Below are positions 23,078 to 34,636 of a stretch of DNA of 37,017 bases, piece by piece. The notes beneath the pieces are model-generated. The model was not told where the DNA came from and ran no database searches. It was given only the letters and a program-made list of their open reading frames with translations. How positions within the stretch are numbered: the first letter of the stretch is position 1; each line of letters opens with the position of its first letter. Both the position numbers and the translations under genes were made by a program. Source of the stretch: Octopus bimaculoides. Lineage: Eukaryota. The stretch spans positions 106,078,022-106,115,038 of the forward strand of contig NC_068981.1 of the NCBI RefSeq assembly GCF_001194135.2, in the 5' to 3' direction.

Positions 23078-25290
23078 CATCATCATCAACATCATCACCA
23101 GCATTATTTAATGTTCATTTTCCATGCTGGTATGGGTTGGACGGTCTGACTAGAGTTGGTAAGCTGGAGAACTGCACCAGGTTTCAGTTGTCTGTTTTGG
23201 CTTGCTTTCTAAGGCTGTATGCACTTCTTAATGCCAACTGCTTTACAGAGTGTACTGGATATCTTTCATGTGTCACTGGTACAAGTGCCTTTTACGTGTC
23301 ACTGGCATGGTGCCTTTTATGTGTCACCAGTACTGGCCATAATTTCACTTAGCTTGATATCTCTTCTCATGTACAACAAATTGCCAGAAATCTTGGTCAC
23401 TTGTCATTGTGTATGTTCCTAGTGTTTATTGTACCTGCACATCTTCCATACATAAAGACTACTTTTCCTGTTAACCTTCCTCTGATATTGCTGCACATGT
23501 TATGTGTCCATAGCTTGCCCCAGGTATACTTTATGGAGTTTCTACCTACACCTTTTCTACATATCAAGCATTTTCCCGGAGGGGCTTGTGATTTGTTTAT
23601 TTTCCTACTTACTAGGACTTTGGTTTTTGCTAAATTAACTGTAAGGCCTTTTGATTCCAGATCTTGCTTCCACACCAGAAATTTCTTCTCTAGTTCAGAG
23701 AATGATTCAGCTATAAGAACAAGGTCATCAGCATAGAAGAGCTACCGGAAGTAGTCGGTCTTAAATTCCCCTGTTATGGTCTGGTGGACTATGATGAACA
23801 AGAGGGTGCAGAGAACTGATCCATGGTGAACTCCTGCCTGTACATTGAATTCATTGCTGTACTTGTCAACTTTCACCTTACTAACAGTATCTCTGTACAT
23901 GGCTTGTACAGCTTTCACCAACCACTCATCTATCCCTACCTTTTTCATTGACCACCGGATAAGGGAGTAGCCATATAAAATCTTTCTCCATGTCAACAAA
24001 AGCCAAGTACAGAGGTTTATTTTTGATTAGATACTTCTCCTGAAGTTGCTTTACCAGGAAGATAGCATCAGTATTACTTCTCCCTGGCACAAAACCAAAC
24101 TGCATCTCATCTTGACTAATTCTCTTCCAAATTAGTTGAGCTATGACTTTCTCTGTAACTTCTCTAGACCCAGGATGATGTGGGATGAGGTGGTAACATA
24201 TGATCTTTGGTTGCTGAGTCTCATGGAAATGATGACAAGTGGCTGAGACTTCTGGCGATTTGTTGTGCTTGAGAATACATCAAGCTAATCACCTGGTCCA
24301 GCTATTTGATGTCTTTCTAATCATTTCTTCCTAAAGTGTTGCCTTTACTTTTGTAGCAGTTGACTATAATGCTGCTACACCAGTTGTTGGGTATGACTCC
24401 CTTGCGAATGGCCTGATTAACTGTACGGGTAACCAGATCCTACTCCACCAGATGTCTTAAGCATCTCAGCAGTGATTCTTGATGAGTCAGTGGGTGATTT
24501 CCCTGTCATCATATCCTTAAATGCTTTATCTACCAGCTACTGTCTATTCAGGTAGCTGGTCTCTTTGTTGGCTTCACGTTAGGCCAACTCTCCTTCTTCC
24601 ATGCATTCTCTACATTTAGCACCCTTTCATAGTGGCACTTTCAAGCTTCCTTCTTTGCTGAATCACTAACAGCAAGTGAATCATCATCCATGTGAATGCT
24701 CTTCTCTCCTACACACTCTGACACACTGCCTTGCAATCCAGAACACCTCAAACCTCTGATCTCCACACTGCAGAACACAGGAAAACTTCTTCCTATTTGC
24801 CTCTTCTCTAGCTAAATATACATGTCTCCTAGCTTCTAGCTAACTGATATAGTTCCTTGTTGCCACCACTCTTCCAGTCCTTTCAGGCCCATTTCTTTGC
24901 TCTAATGGCCCTGTCTACTACACTGTTCCTCCACCATGTCCCTTTAGGTCTGGATAGAACCTTACACCAGTTTCAGATTTGGTCAGTGGCCTTTCTTAAG
25001 TTGTCCTGTAGGAACCTCCAATTGTCTTCAGTGTTACATGTCTATAACTCCTCCTCATCAAAACCTTCAGTTAGAACATCTCTAAATCTCTGATTATTCA
25101 GGGGACCCTTAAGCTTCCAGATCTTTCTTTTCCAGATAGCTTTGTTTCTTGGCATCCTTCTAGCCCAGAGTCTGAAGTCACTAATGACTAACCTATTTTG
25201 AGGAGTGCACTCTTCCCCTAGGAAAGACTTTGCATTTACAAGCAGCCATCTTTCCCACTTTCTTGTGAGAATGTAGTCAATCTGGCTTCT
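23078..25290 (-). mobile_element. RTE-clade LINE (end of endonuclease, RT, tail), internally deleted and rearranged
   Basis: Minus-strand SQIDYILTRK, RKIWKLK, QFGFVPG, GVHHGSVLCTLLFIIV, CLICRKGVGRNS; (cat)n tail at 23078-23098; internal deletion junction near 23405. Confidence 0.92.
24162..24287 (+). mobile_element. Inverted RTE ORF-end fragment inserted in the minus-strand RTE
   Basis: agacccaggatgatgtgggatgaggtggtaacatatgatct... matches 17275-17395 on the + strand; the flanks rejoin as LDQV|KVTE on the minus strand. Confidence 0.8.
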
Positions 25291-25431
25291 CAAAAATGGT
25301 TACCTGTGCTTGGTTGAATATCACCATCAGCAATAAACTTTATTTCCAGGAAAAATTAATTTTTCTTATACTTATTTCCGTCTTTATATTACTTTATGTT
25401 ACTTACTACTGTTTAATAGATGCAGTACGAA

Positions 25432-25790
25432 TCATCATCATCACCATTTAATGTCCATTTTCCATGCTGGCATGGTTAGGATTGTTTGACAGGAACTGGC
25501 AAATCAGAAGACTACACTAAGCTCAGGTGTCTGTTTTGGCATGTTTTCTATGGCTTTATGCCCTTTCTAATGCTAACCACTTTGCAGAGTGAAGAGGGTG
25601 CTTTTTACGTAACACCAGCAGCAGTAAGGTCATCAAGTAACTCGAAAGACAAGACCTTTCAACTGGGGGGTAGAGTAGCATTGAGGGACAGAAAAGGGGT
25701 GTCTTGCATTAGAGGAGAAACATAATTATCTCAGGTGGAGAGAGAGAGAGGATGGTGAAGATGTAACAGGGAGTGAGCAGGAGCCATACA
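25432..25790 (-). mobile_element. Short element carrying the RTE 3' tail (RTE-dependent SINE or truncated LINE)
   Basis: catcatcatcaccatttaatgtccattttccatgctggcatgg is the reverse complement of the RTE tail; sequence diverges from the LINE body after about 25620. Confidence 0.75.
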
Positions 25791-26189
25791 CTCAAGTTAC
25801 AGGGAAGTGAATATAGTGAAATGGACTGGGTATTGAGAGGGTGGGTGACTTTGCAAAATTGTGAAAGGGTAAATGAAGGGGGAGAAGAAGATGCTTTGCA
25901 TTCACAAGGTACTGAATTTGATCTCCCTCTGCAACATCTTGGTCAAATACCTTGTCAAGCACTGTGAGTGGAATTGGAGTGACAAAAACTGTAAGGAAGC
26001 CTATCAAATGGATTATACCTGTGATTTAAATACCCAAACTCAGAAATAGAAATTCTAACCAAGATCCATTTATTACAATAACTCATGAAAACATTTGTCA
26101 TTTACCGTACAGTAAATGAAGTGGGAAAGGGTTGTCTAGAAATAATTTTGTTGGGTATGCATGCAGTGATTTCTCTATAGGAGTGCTAT

Positions 26190-26800
26190 TTACAGAGCTA
26201 TCTTAGTTGATGAGTGGCAGGTACAAAAATTCTGCAAAATTAGTGAAGACCTTCTTGGCAAGATACCAGAATACCTGATAGCAATTTTAAAGTGAGTAAG
26301 TTTGCAGGTCGTGCAGTGTATGAAGGCAGCTTTTGCTTTCTTAATAGTTACCATGTAGCTGGGGATGGTGGATGATTTCCTCCAGATGCTGTAAGAAGTA
26401 TTCTTAGTCTGTACTGATATAGTACAGCTGTGAGTGAACCAGCCGGACATTTGGTTTTATTGGTTTTTGGTTATGTTAAAGGATATGAAGGAACATTCCT
26501 AGGAGGGTGGCTTCATGATCTGCTTGGCTGTTTGTGACAGATCTGTGATGAAGTAGAACTGCTATCAAAGGAATCATCAGTATAGAAATGGTAAAACTTC
26601 AACCATTTAGTTGACCTAAACTACCAGAGTTTCCCAGGTTCAGAAGTCAATGTGCTGTAGGAATGTTTGAGGTATGTTGCTTGACTAAATAACGACCAGG
26701 TAATTGAATGGAAGAAGAAATAATGGCTAGATTCGAATGTAAGGAAGAGGTCAAAATTATTTGGATAGTTGGCATGTCAGTCAGAGATGTGCAGATAGCT
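26190..26800 (-). mobile_element. CR1/L2-group LINE fragment (end of endonuclease and linker), highly decayed
   Basis: Minus-strand pieces HISD*HANYPNNFDLFLT, KLW*FRSTKW, GWFTHSC...IKKAKAAFI and FWYLAKKVFTNF occur in the order expected for CR1-type ORF2 (DLFLT...W.F...PWF...FW.LAK). Confidence 0.6.
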
Positions 26801-28257
26801 GAAGACAGTAATTGGTGCTGATAGTTCTAAATAACAAACAGTTCTGACCAATCAAATGGATGTTTGGACTGGATGACTGTTCAAGTTTCAGCTTTGGTTG
26901 TAGCACTTTTGTTTCATAATAAAGTCAGGAAGTGTTTGAACATCAACACATCTCAGCCCTATATCCATATTAATTTGTTTTGCTGCAAAAGAATTCACTT
27001 AAGAAGTGCCTGTGTTAATGTGATGAACCATATTTTATCATGATACTTATTTTAGCCAAGTCCACCAGGCTTATATAAACTTTCTTTACTAGGAATACAA
27101 CACAATATTTAGAGACAGGATAAATATTTGAAACTTTGCAGCTAATAAGCTAGCACCCTACTACTTTAGCTGAGTAAAGTTAGTACTGTTTGGCAATTTA
27201 CATTTATTTATCTATTTATTTATTTATTTTGCATGATTGTATGGATGGAATGATTTTGTTGTTGGTACAATTAGTTTTTCAGTTGGGTATCTTTCCTATT
27301 ATTAACTACCCAACTGTGAATGGAAATAGTTTTATTTTCATCAGTCAGCTTAGCTTGACTAGTAAAGTTATATGCCTTATTTAGAGGCACAACACAAGGG
27401 TAAATTAAGATTTGCAGAACATCATAGAATAATTAAAAAAATATGAAATATCACATAATGAAAATGAGTTATAACATTTATTTATTTATCAAGTACATTA
27501 ATTCTTTATATTCACCATAGATAGTTGGTAAGTTCTTCACTAAGCAAGTCTGCAATTTAGAAATGGCTCACTGGTTGGGCCATTTTACTTCACTTGAATA
27601 ATAGTGGTTTGAAGTCATAGTGCCTGAAGGCGAATGAGCTTTGCCAGGCTTTGAAATATGACATGTAAACAAAGAATTTGATGGTGACCTAACGAACAGC
27701 TAAGGGTCAAATGACATTCTCTGCATCTTCAAAACAGTGTTATACAACTGTTCATTTATACATTAGAAATTACATTATAATTAGAAATCATATAGAAATA
27801 TTCAATAGTTGTATCAATTGAACAATGAACTGATCACCTAATCCTGCACTACTGACAATCTCTGTCCAATTCATGCCTGTCTGCTCCCCCCCCCTCTCTC
27901 TCACACACACACATACACTTATACAATTTTAACTTATTTTGCCTGCTGAAATATGTAAATTTAATTGTCAAATATAGACATCATAATGTATTTCAACAAG
28001 TATTTTACTGACAAGATTACATGTATATCCAATAGCTCGCATGAAACAAAAGGAAGTGTATGCTGATAATAAGAATATTGATGTTGATGATAATGATCAT
28101 GATAATGAGTGTCACTAAAGATATCTATTGAATAGAAAATTGATTATTTATCATATCAGCTTTTGGTATGCTAAGTACACCTGTTGAGTTTGTGAAATAT
28201 ACCTTAGTACTTTATGCTTTTCTCTTTTATATTTTAGTACTGAGAAGCCTAATAAGT

Positions 28258-28840
28258 GTTCATCATTATCATCATTTAGCGCCTGTTTTCCATGCTGGCA
28301 TGGGTTAAATAGTTTGACTGGAACTGGTAAACCAAGCCAAAACAGGCTCCACTCTGTTTTGGCTTGGTTTCTATGGCTGGATATCCTTCCTAATGCCAAC
28401 CACTCCATAAAGTGTACTGGGTGCCTTTAACATGTCACCAACACAGGTGCCTTTTATGTGTCACTAGCACAGGTGCCTTTTACATGTCACCAGCACAGGT
28501 GCCATTTACACGTCACTGGCACGAGTGCCTTTTACATGTCACTGGCATAAGTGCCTTTTATGTGTCACTGGCATAGGTGCCTTTTATATGTCACTGGCAC
28601 GACTGTCTTCTACATGTCACAGGCATGGGTGCCTTTTACATGTCACCAGCACTGGTCACGACTATAATTTCACTTAGCTTGATTTACCTTCTCAAGCACA
28701 ACAAATTGCCAAAAGTCTCAGTTACTTTCCATCACCTCCGTGGGACTCAACATCTAAAGATCATATTTCACCACCTCATCCCATGTCTTCTTAGGTCTAC
28801 TTCTTCCACAGGTTCCCTCCACAGTTAGAGATCAGTACTT
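28258..28840 (-). mobile_element. 5'-truncated RTE 3' end with expanded UTR repeat
   Basis: (cat)n tail at 28258; ttccatgctggcatggg; ORF end caccacctcatcccatgtcttc is the reverse complement of KTWDEVV. Confidence 0.9.
28420..28653. repeat. Tandem array, 9 copies of about 26 bp
   Basis: Unit is approximately ggtgccttttacatgtcactggcaca; 234 bp total. Confidence 0.92.
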
Positions 28841-28884
28841 CTTTATGTACTTATTTGTTTTATTTACACACACACAGATACATA

Positions 28885-29045
28885 ACAGGCATCTGCACAA
28901 TTTCTCTCTACCAAATTCCAGTCATAAGCTATTGGTCAAAATAAGGCTACGACAGATGATATTTGCTGAAACTGCCATGTGAAAGGTACTGAACTCAAAA
29001 CCACATAATTGCAAAGCAACCCTCTTAACCATACATCATTGCCTT
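28885..29045 (-). mobile_element. Old SINE head of the 11930 family
   Basis: ctctctaccaaattccagtcataagctattggtc...tactgaactcaaaaccacat matches the reverse complement of the head with many substitutions. Confidence 0.65.
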
Positions 29046-29699
29046 CACTTCTTTCTCTTCCGTCTCTTCTTCTTCTGAACTAAGTTGAACTGATGGAAAT
29101 AATAGAACCACCCAAAATTAAACACCCTACTACTCTGTTCAGTTCTATTCTTTTATACTCAATTTCTTCAAAGTTAATGAAACAAATACACTGAAGATGA
29201 GTCTATTGACTATACCCTCTCTATGAAGAGATTGTATAGTGATCAACATTGAAAAGGCTGAGGAAAAATACTTTCCTTATCAAGCAAGCTCTTCTTAACT
29301 TCTTCAAGTCCCACTTCTAGAGAAATGTGAGAGTAGAGGGAAGTATGCTACTACCCAGTAAATTTGTTAAAAGATGCATGAAAATAGTAAAAACGGTCCA
29401 TATGAACAGGCCAATTCTTAGTATGATCTTGTAGGCCAGAGAACATAGCTGGGAGAGAGTACTTGCCCTTGGTAGTAAGGGCAATCCAGGATCTATGGGG
29501 TTTCTTGTTTGATCTTAGGTAGCTGTCCCTCTTTGGAACATTTCAATTTCTTCCTTTTTTTTCTTTGAGTTTTTATGATTGTTTATTTTTTCTATATTGA
29601 ATTTTATATAAACCACCACTATCCTTGTAATGTCCCATCATCTGTGATCCTGTGGCAAATAAAGGGATGAAAAATATTAAGGTGAAGAATAGGCAAAAT

Positions 29700-30030
29700 T
29701 GTTAGAGTATCAGAAAAAATGCATTGGAATATTTTTCTGGTTCTTTAGATTCTGACTTCAAATCTCATCAAAATCGACTTTGCCTTTCTTCTTTTAAGGG
29801 TCAATAAAATAAAATATTGGTCAAATACTGAAGTCAATGTGGATGTAAGCATTTGAGTATTCCTCTAAGTGCAAATCCTGCCATGGTCAACTTCACCTTT
29901 CATACGTTTTGGGTTGATTAAATAAAGTACCAATCAAGCACTAGGGTCCATGGAATTAACTAACTCCCTCCCCTCAAAAATGCTGGCCTTGTGCCTAAAA
30001 CAAATTATTATTATTAATCTTATTATTATT
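29700..30030 (+). mobile_element. Two tandem partial Nin/Deu-domain-like SINE copies
   Basis: Two blocks (gactttgcctttc...aagggtcaataaaa and caacttcacctttcatacg...gggttgattaaataaagtacc) plus a (att)n tail. Confidence 0.65.
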
Positions 30031-30252
30031 AAGGCAGTGAGCTGGCAGAATCATTAGCACACTGGGCAAAATGCTAAGTGGCATTTCATGTCATTATATT
30101 CTGAGTTCAAATTCCATCGTAGTCGACTTTGCCTTTCATCCTTTAGGGGCTGATGAAATAGGTACCAGTTGAGTACTGGGATCAATGTAATCAATTTACC
30201 CACTCCCTCAAAATTGCTAACCTTGTGCTAAAATTTGAAATTATTATTATTG
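30031..30252 (+). mobile_element. SINE with Nin/Deu-domain-like core
   Basis: aaggcagtgagctggcagaatc head; core gcctttcatcctttaggggctgatgaaataggtaccag resembles the Deu/Nin core as I recall it; (att)n tail. Confidence 0.75.
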
Positions 30253-30660
30253 AGTGAGGGAACAATGCATGCCATCAAAGTGACACTGGCGTACAAATAT
30301 ATAAACCTCAGTATACCCATCATGACTACCTGTCTGATAAGGGTATATGAGGCACATGTGTGCAACATGACCTTGCAGATGGGGCCCAGTTGGAATTTTC
30401 TTCAGGTTGAATAGCCCATTCCACTCAAAAGGTCCTTGAATAAGGGTTGTTTAAGGATGTTGAATGAAATACCCATGTTTCCAGAGGTGAATGGGTCAGA
30501 CCCCAAAGAATTCCTCTCAACACATGGCTATGATGTTTCCCCACTACTTCTGCTCATGATCAAAGATGCACATATCATCAGCCACCAAGGGACATACTCA
30601 TCTGGTTAAGGTCAAACAACTGACAAGCAAAATCTGTGGTATTGAGCAGAATATTTGCTG
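30241..30660 (-). mobile_element. Short retroelement with RTE/BovB-like 3' end (..ctcactc(aat)n)
   Basis: Minus strand ends gatggcatgcattgttccctcactcaataataat; family recognised from memory only. Confidence 0.5.
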
Positions 30661-30665
30661 TATAT

Positions 30666-31460
30666 TATTACCTCCCCCTTAGTGAAGGCAGAGGTATAGT
30701 TTTCAGTCGGGTTTGTTTGCCCATGGACAAGATATCTCAAGAACCACTGGATGGATTTGGATGGAACTTTTGGGGTTGTTTGGCCTTGTGACTGACATGA
30801 ACTGATTATATTTTGGGATTGATCTGGTACAATACAAGGATTCTAGATTATTTGCTATATTTACTTTACATGATTACGGTCTTACATTAACTTTCAAGTC
30901 TTTCTCAATTATCTCCCTTTAGGTTGTAACTATTTTGAATGGTGAATTTGTTAACTTTGGCTTGTATTACATAAAGATAAACTATTTATTCTTTCCTACT
31001 CTAGGCACAAGACCTGAAATTTTGGGGGAGGGAGCCATTCGATTACATTGACCACAGTACATAACTGGTACTTAATTTATCGACCCTGACAAGATGAAAG
31101 CTAAAGTTGACCTTCGTGAAATTTGAACTCAGAACGTAAAGACAGATGAAATACCGCTAAATTTTGCCTAGCATGCTAATGCCAACTCGCTGCCTTTAAG
31201 GATAAATTATTTATTACTGTTACTAAATTTTCTACAGCTAGCATCACATTCCATGACTAGCATTGGGATCAATCAAGTAACCGGACAAGGATTTTGGATT
31301 ATTTTCCCTGTTTTTTTAATTAAGTTCATTTTTAGTATTTTCATTTGTAAGAGCAGTCGAATTTATTTCAGATATTCTCATTTTAAAAATCATCTCTGGC
31401 TAATCATTGAGAGGACATTGGTGTTGCCTTGGCGGAGGTTTGCACTCTCTGAGTGCTCGT
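30666..31460 (+). mobile_element. Non-autonomous Helentron/DINE-1-like element (HINE)
   Basis: 5' palindrome cctcccccttagtgaaggcagagg (30671-30694) followed by a gtttgtttg run; 3' subTIR ccttggcggagg (31427-31438); terminal hairpin gcactc-tct-gagtgc (31442-31456); T-rich flanks. Confidence 0.7.
30985..31198 (-). mobile_element. Nin/Deu-like SINE nested in the HINE
   Basis: Reverse complement of the 30031-30252 and 34401-34636 family (ctggtacttaatttatcgaccc...gatgaaagctaaagttgacc). Confidence 0.8.
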
Positions 31461-31465
31461 TATTA

Positions 31466-31528
<63 letters not shown>
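31461..31528. repeat. (ATT)n microsatellite
   Basis: Direct repeat. Confidence 0.98.
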
Positions 31529-31529
<1 letters not shown>

Positions 31530-31650
31530 GGCTGCCATACTGGGAAGATGTACTAGGTTGGAGCTCCGTAATTTGTGTTTAATCAAGTGTTTTGGCTGGT
31601 TGCAGCCCATTCATTCAAAATTTTATTCAACAAGTGAAGATTATCAGAAT

Positions 31651-31710
31651 GATGTGGACGCCTCTGATGAGAACCCAGTAAGGTTCGAAAATCGATTAAG
31701 GCTGTTCATC
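31651..31710 (+). ncRNA. Type-I hammerhead ribozyme (predicted)
   Basis: CUGAUGA at 31664-31670; stem II GAACC/GGUUC with loop CAGUAA; GAAA at 31687-31690; palindromic stem III AAUCGAUU; UUA cleavage triplet (after 31698); stem I GCCU/AGGC extended by GAC/GUU and GAUG/CAUC. Confidence 0.85.
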
Positions 31711-31726
31711 TCTTTTTTTTTTTTAA

Positions 31727-31781
31727 CGGCGGTGCATCAGCATGGCTACAGCTCTGAGCTGAAACTACAGAAAAAAAAAAA
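31727..31781 (+). mobile_element. 5'-truncated SINE tail with poly(A)
   Basis: ggcggtgcatcagcatggctacagc...ctgaaactacag(a)n resembles the tail at 12910-12960. Confidence 0.6.
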
Positions 31782-34160
31782 GTATTTTGCTTGCATTGTC
31801 CTGTGGTCTGTCAGGAGCAGGCAGCAATGTAGCAATGTTATTCTGAAAATCCTTAGGTCTCAAAGTAAGGGCAATCTTCTTGGACCCGGATGGTAGGCTG
31901 GTGGTCCTAGATGTGAATGGCGGTGAAGGTGGTACCTTTAGATTGGTTACTGTGTATGCCCTGACAGGGGTTGGGAGGTCAGATTTTTTCCAGGCATCTA
32001 AAAACATTCCTGGGAACACCTCACACTTCAGTACTAGTGGGGGACTGGAATAGTATTTTGGACGCGTGGAAGGACTGTGTGGGTTTAGTACATAGAAGAA
32101 TGAGGTGTGAAAGCCTCAAAAATCTGGTCAGAAACTTCCAGATTTCTGACAGGTATCAACTGGATTTCCCTGATGTGCCAGTGTGGACATGAAGTAATCA
32201 CAATGGGTCATCCAGATCATATCTTGATAAAGTATTTGTTAGGTCAGCGGATAAGGATAATATGGGGTGTCCACCATTCAAATTGGTCAGATACACAGAC
32301 AACTAATATGTGATCTACACAGTCAATTTAGATAGGACGCATGTACAGGGACCCGGTTACTGGAAGTTGAATGCATCCTTTCCAGCGTCCAAATACTATA
32401 GGGACCTAATTAGTGAACTAGTTAAGTGGCAGTTGATGGGGGCAATCATTAACAACCGGTGGTGGATAGCCTTGAAAAGGTCGATTAGAGCAGAATCAAT
32501 AGAGTTTAGTAAAAAGTTAGCAATAGAAAGAAACAGATTAGAAGGAGAACTAGTTAGCAAACTAGGAGAGGCAATTAGTAAAGGCATCGTGACTGACATG
32601 TTAGTGGTGAGAATGGCTCTTGACCATTTCTTTGAGGGGAAACACGAAGGTTGTGTTATAAGAGCTAAGGTCTGAGTGCTAAAACATGAGGGAGCTAAAG
32701 CCAGCCAATGGGCTCGAACAGTGGAGATGTGACATGGCAACAAATCCACGATCGGGTCTTTAACAAATCAGGATGGGCACGTGCTACATGGTTCTGAGTA
32801 AATGTGTGCGGCTTTTTAGCAACACTTCATGCAACTGTTTGGAGGGGCAATGGGTTGATGACAGTAGTGGACTTTAATTTGTACCGAGATGGCCTGCCAT
32901 GGCTCTTGGCAGCAGATGTGAGGTTGTGCAAAAAGCTGATAACAGTTACTGAAATACATGAGGCAATGAGTGATTGCACAAGTCACAAATCACCAGGTTT
33001 ATATGGTCTACCCAATGCAGTCTATATATTTATGCCAGATTTGTTTGGAAATCTCTGACAACAGAATGGGAGAATTCCCAGTGCTGTTAGTTGGGGTGTG
33101 ATCACACTGCTGAAGAGGGACACTGACAATGGGGACAGACTAGGGAATTTTCGGCCCATAACTCTGCTAAACACAGAGTTTAAGATTTTGGCCAAGTGAA
33201 AAGGTTGGTGATTGTTGGTGGTAGTTTAGGACGGGAGGCACAAACATGTGCAATCCTGAACAAATCTATCCACAACAACCTCCACCTTATGCAATACATT
33301 ATAGAGAGGGCAGGGACTAAAGCTGGCTTCGGTGGGGCCCTGATCAATTTAGATCAATCAAAAGCATTCAATAGAGTCGATCATCACTACCTGGAAGCTG
33401 TCCTCATCTGAGTCCTACATCACCATCAGGGGAATGTAGGACTCAGAAGAGCAGTGTCATACATCACCATCGTGGTGTTGGACACCTCTGAAGTGGAGAC
33501 GGTTGGCTCCATTCTAGAAGAATATGAATCAGTTGCAGAGGCTAAAATCAATGCTGAGAAGTTGGTGGGCTTGTGACTGGGCATCTGGAAAGGCAAGTTG
33601 ATCCCATCAGACAGCGTTGTCAGATACTGGACTGACAGACCAGTTAAACTGCTTGGAGTCTGGTTTGGTCCTGACCTCCAAGTGGATAAGAACTTGGACA
33701 AGGTGACAAATAGGGTGGCCAGTCTTACCCAGAAATGGGATGAGAAGAAGCTGTTCTTGAAAGGTTGGGCAGTGGGAGCAAATGCCTATACCACCTCCAT
33801 TATCATTTATCATCTGACTGTCATGCTTTGCCCCAATTATTGCTCGATCAAGTTGAAGCATCTCTTGTTTGTATTCTCGTGGAAGGGACATGTTCAAATG
33901 GTCAAGTGGTCAATCTGCTGTCAGCTTCCTCTGAGTGGCGGCTTAAGCATGCCATGGCTTTTGATGTACAGATGTGCACTTAGGTTGCCCCACCTGCAAT
34001 GATTTCTAGAAGGTGAACATATGTGGGCGCCATTTGTGAGGCACGTATTTCTGCAACTCATTTCTTTGATGGAGCTGCAGTCCTGGGTGAAGGATAAATC
34101 AAGACTGGGCACCTGGGACTTAGAATGTTGTCAGGCACTCACTGATACAGGAGGACCCCA
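31782..34160 (+). mobile_element. L1/Tx1-clade LINE ORF2 (AP endonuclease and RT), 5'-truncated, decayed
   Basis: GRLVVLDV...LVTVYA, VLVGDWNSIL, SYLDKVFV, GPGYWKLNAS, KSPGLYGL, NFRPITLLNTEFKILAK, LINLDQSKAFNRVDHHYL, KINAEK, VKLLGVWFG, FSWKG...GGLSMP; YADD eroded; many stops and frameshifts. Confidence 0.93.
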
Positions 34161-34400
34161 TCACAATTTTTTTTCCTTATTGCTTATATTATGTATACTT
34201 CACTTCTTTTAATGTATACTGTGTATACTTAAAAAATTTTTTTTTTGTATATCATTCCATTATATGTAAACCCCCAAACTTTATGTCAGTCTTTGTATTG
34301 TCCCCCTCATCCTTCACCATGGTGGCAAATAAAAGAAACCATTATTATTATTATTATTATTATTGTTATTATTATTATTATCATCATCATCATCTCTCTC

Positions 34401-34636
34401 AAGGTAACATGCTGGCAGAATCATTAGCACACTGGACGAAATGCTTAGCAGTATTTCACCCATTGCTATGTTCTGAGTTCAAATTCCACTGAGGTCGACT
34501 TTACTTTTCATCCTTTCGGGGTTGCTAAAATAAGTACCAGTTGAACACTGGGGTTGATGTAATCAATTCATCTCCTCCCCCAAAACTGCTGCCCTTGAGG
34601 CAAAATTTGAAATAATAATAATAATAATAATAATAA
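34401..34636 (+). mobile_element. Nin/Deu-like SINE with (AAT)n tail
   Basis: Matches 30031-30252; core ttttcatcctttcggggttgctaaaataagtaccag. Confidence 0.8.

Noticed and set aside
25850-26010. DKVFDQ segment as a CR1 RT KAFD motif continuing the 26190-26800 fragment
   Set aside because: Too short and diverged to support.
28420-28653. CRISPR-like regular repeats
   Set aside because: Units are directly adjacent with no unique spacers, sit inside an RTE 3' UTR, and the context is eukaryotic with no cas genes.
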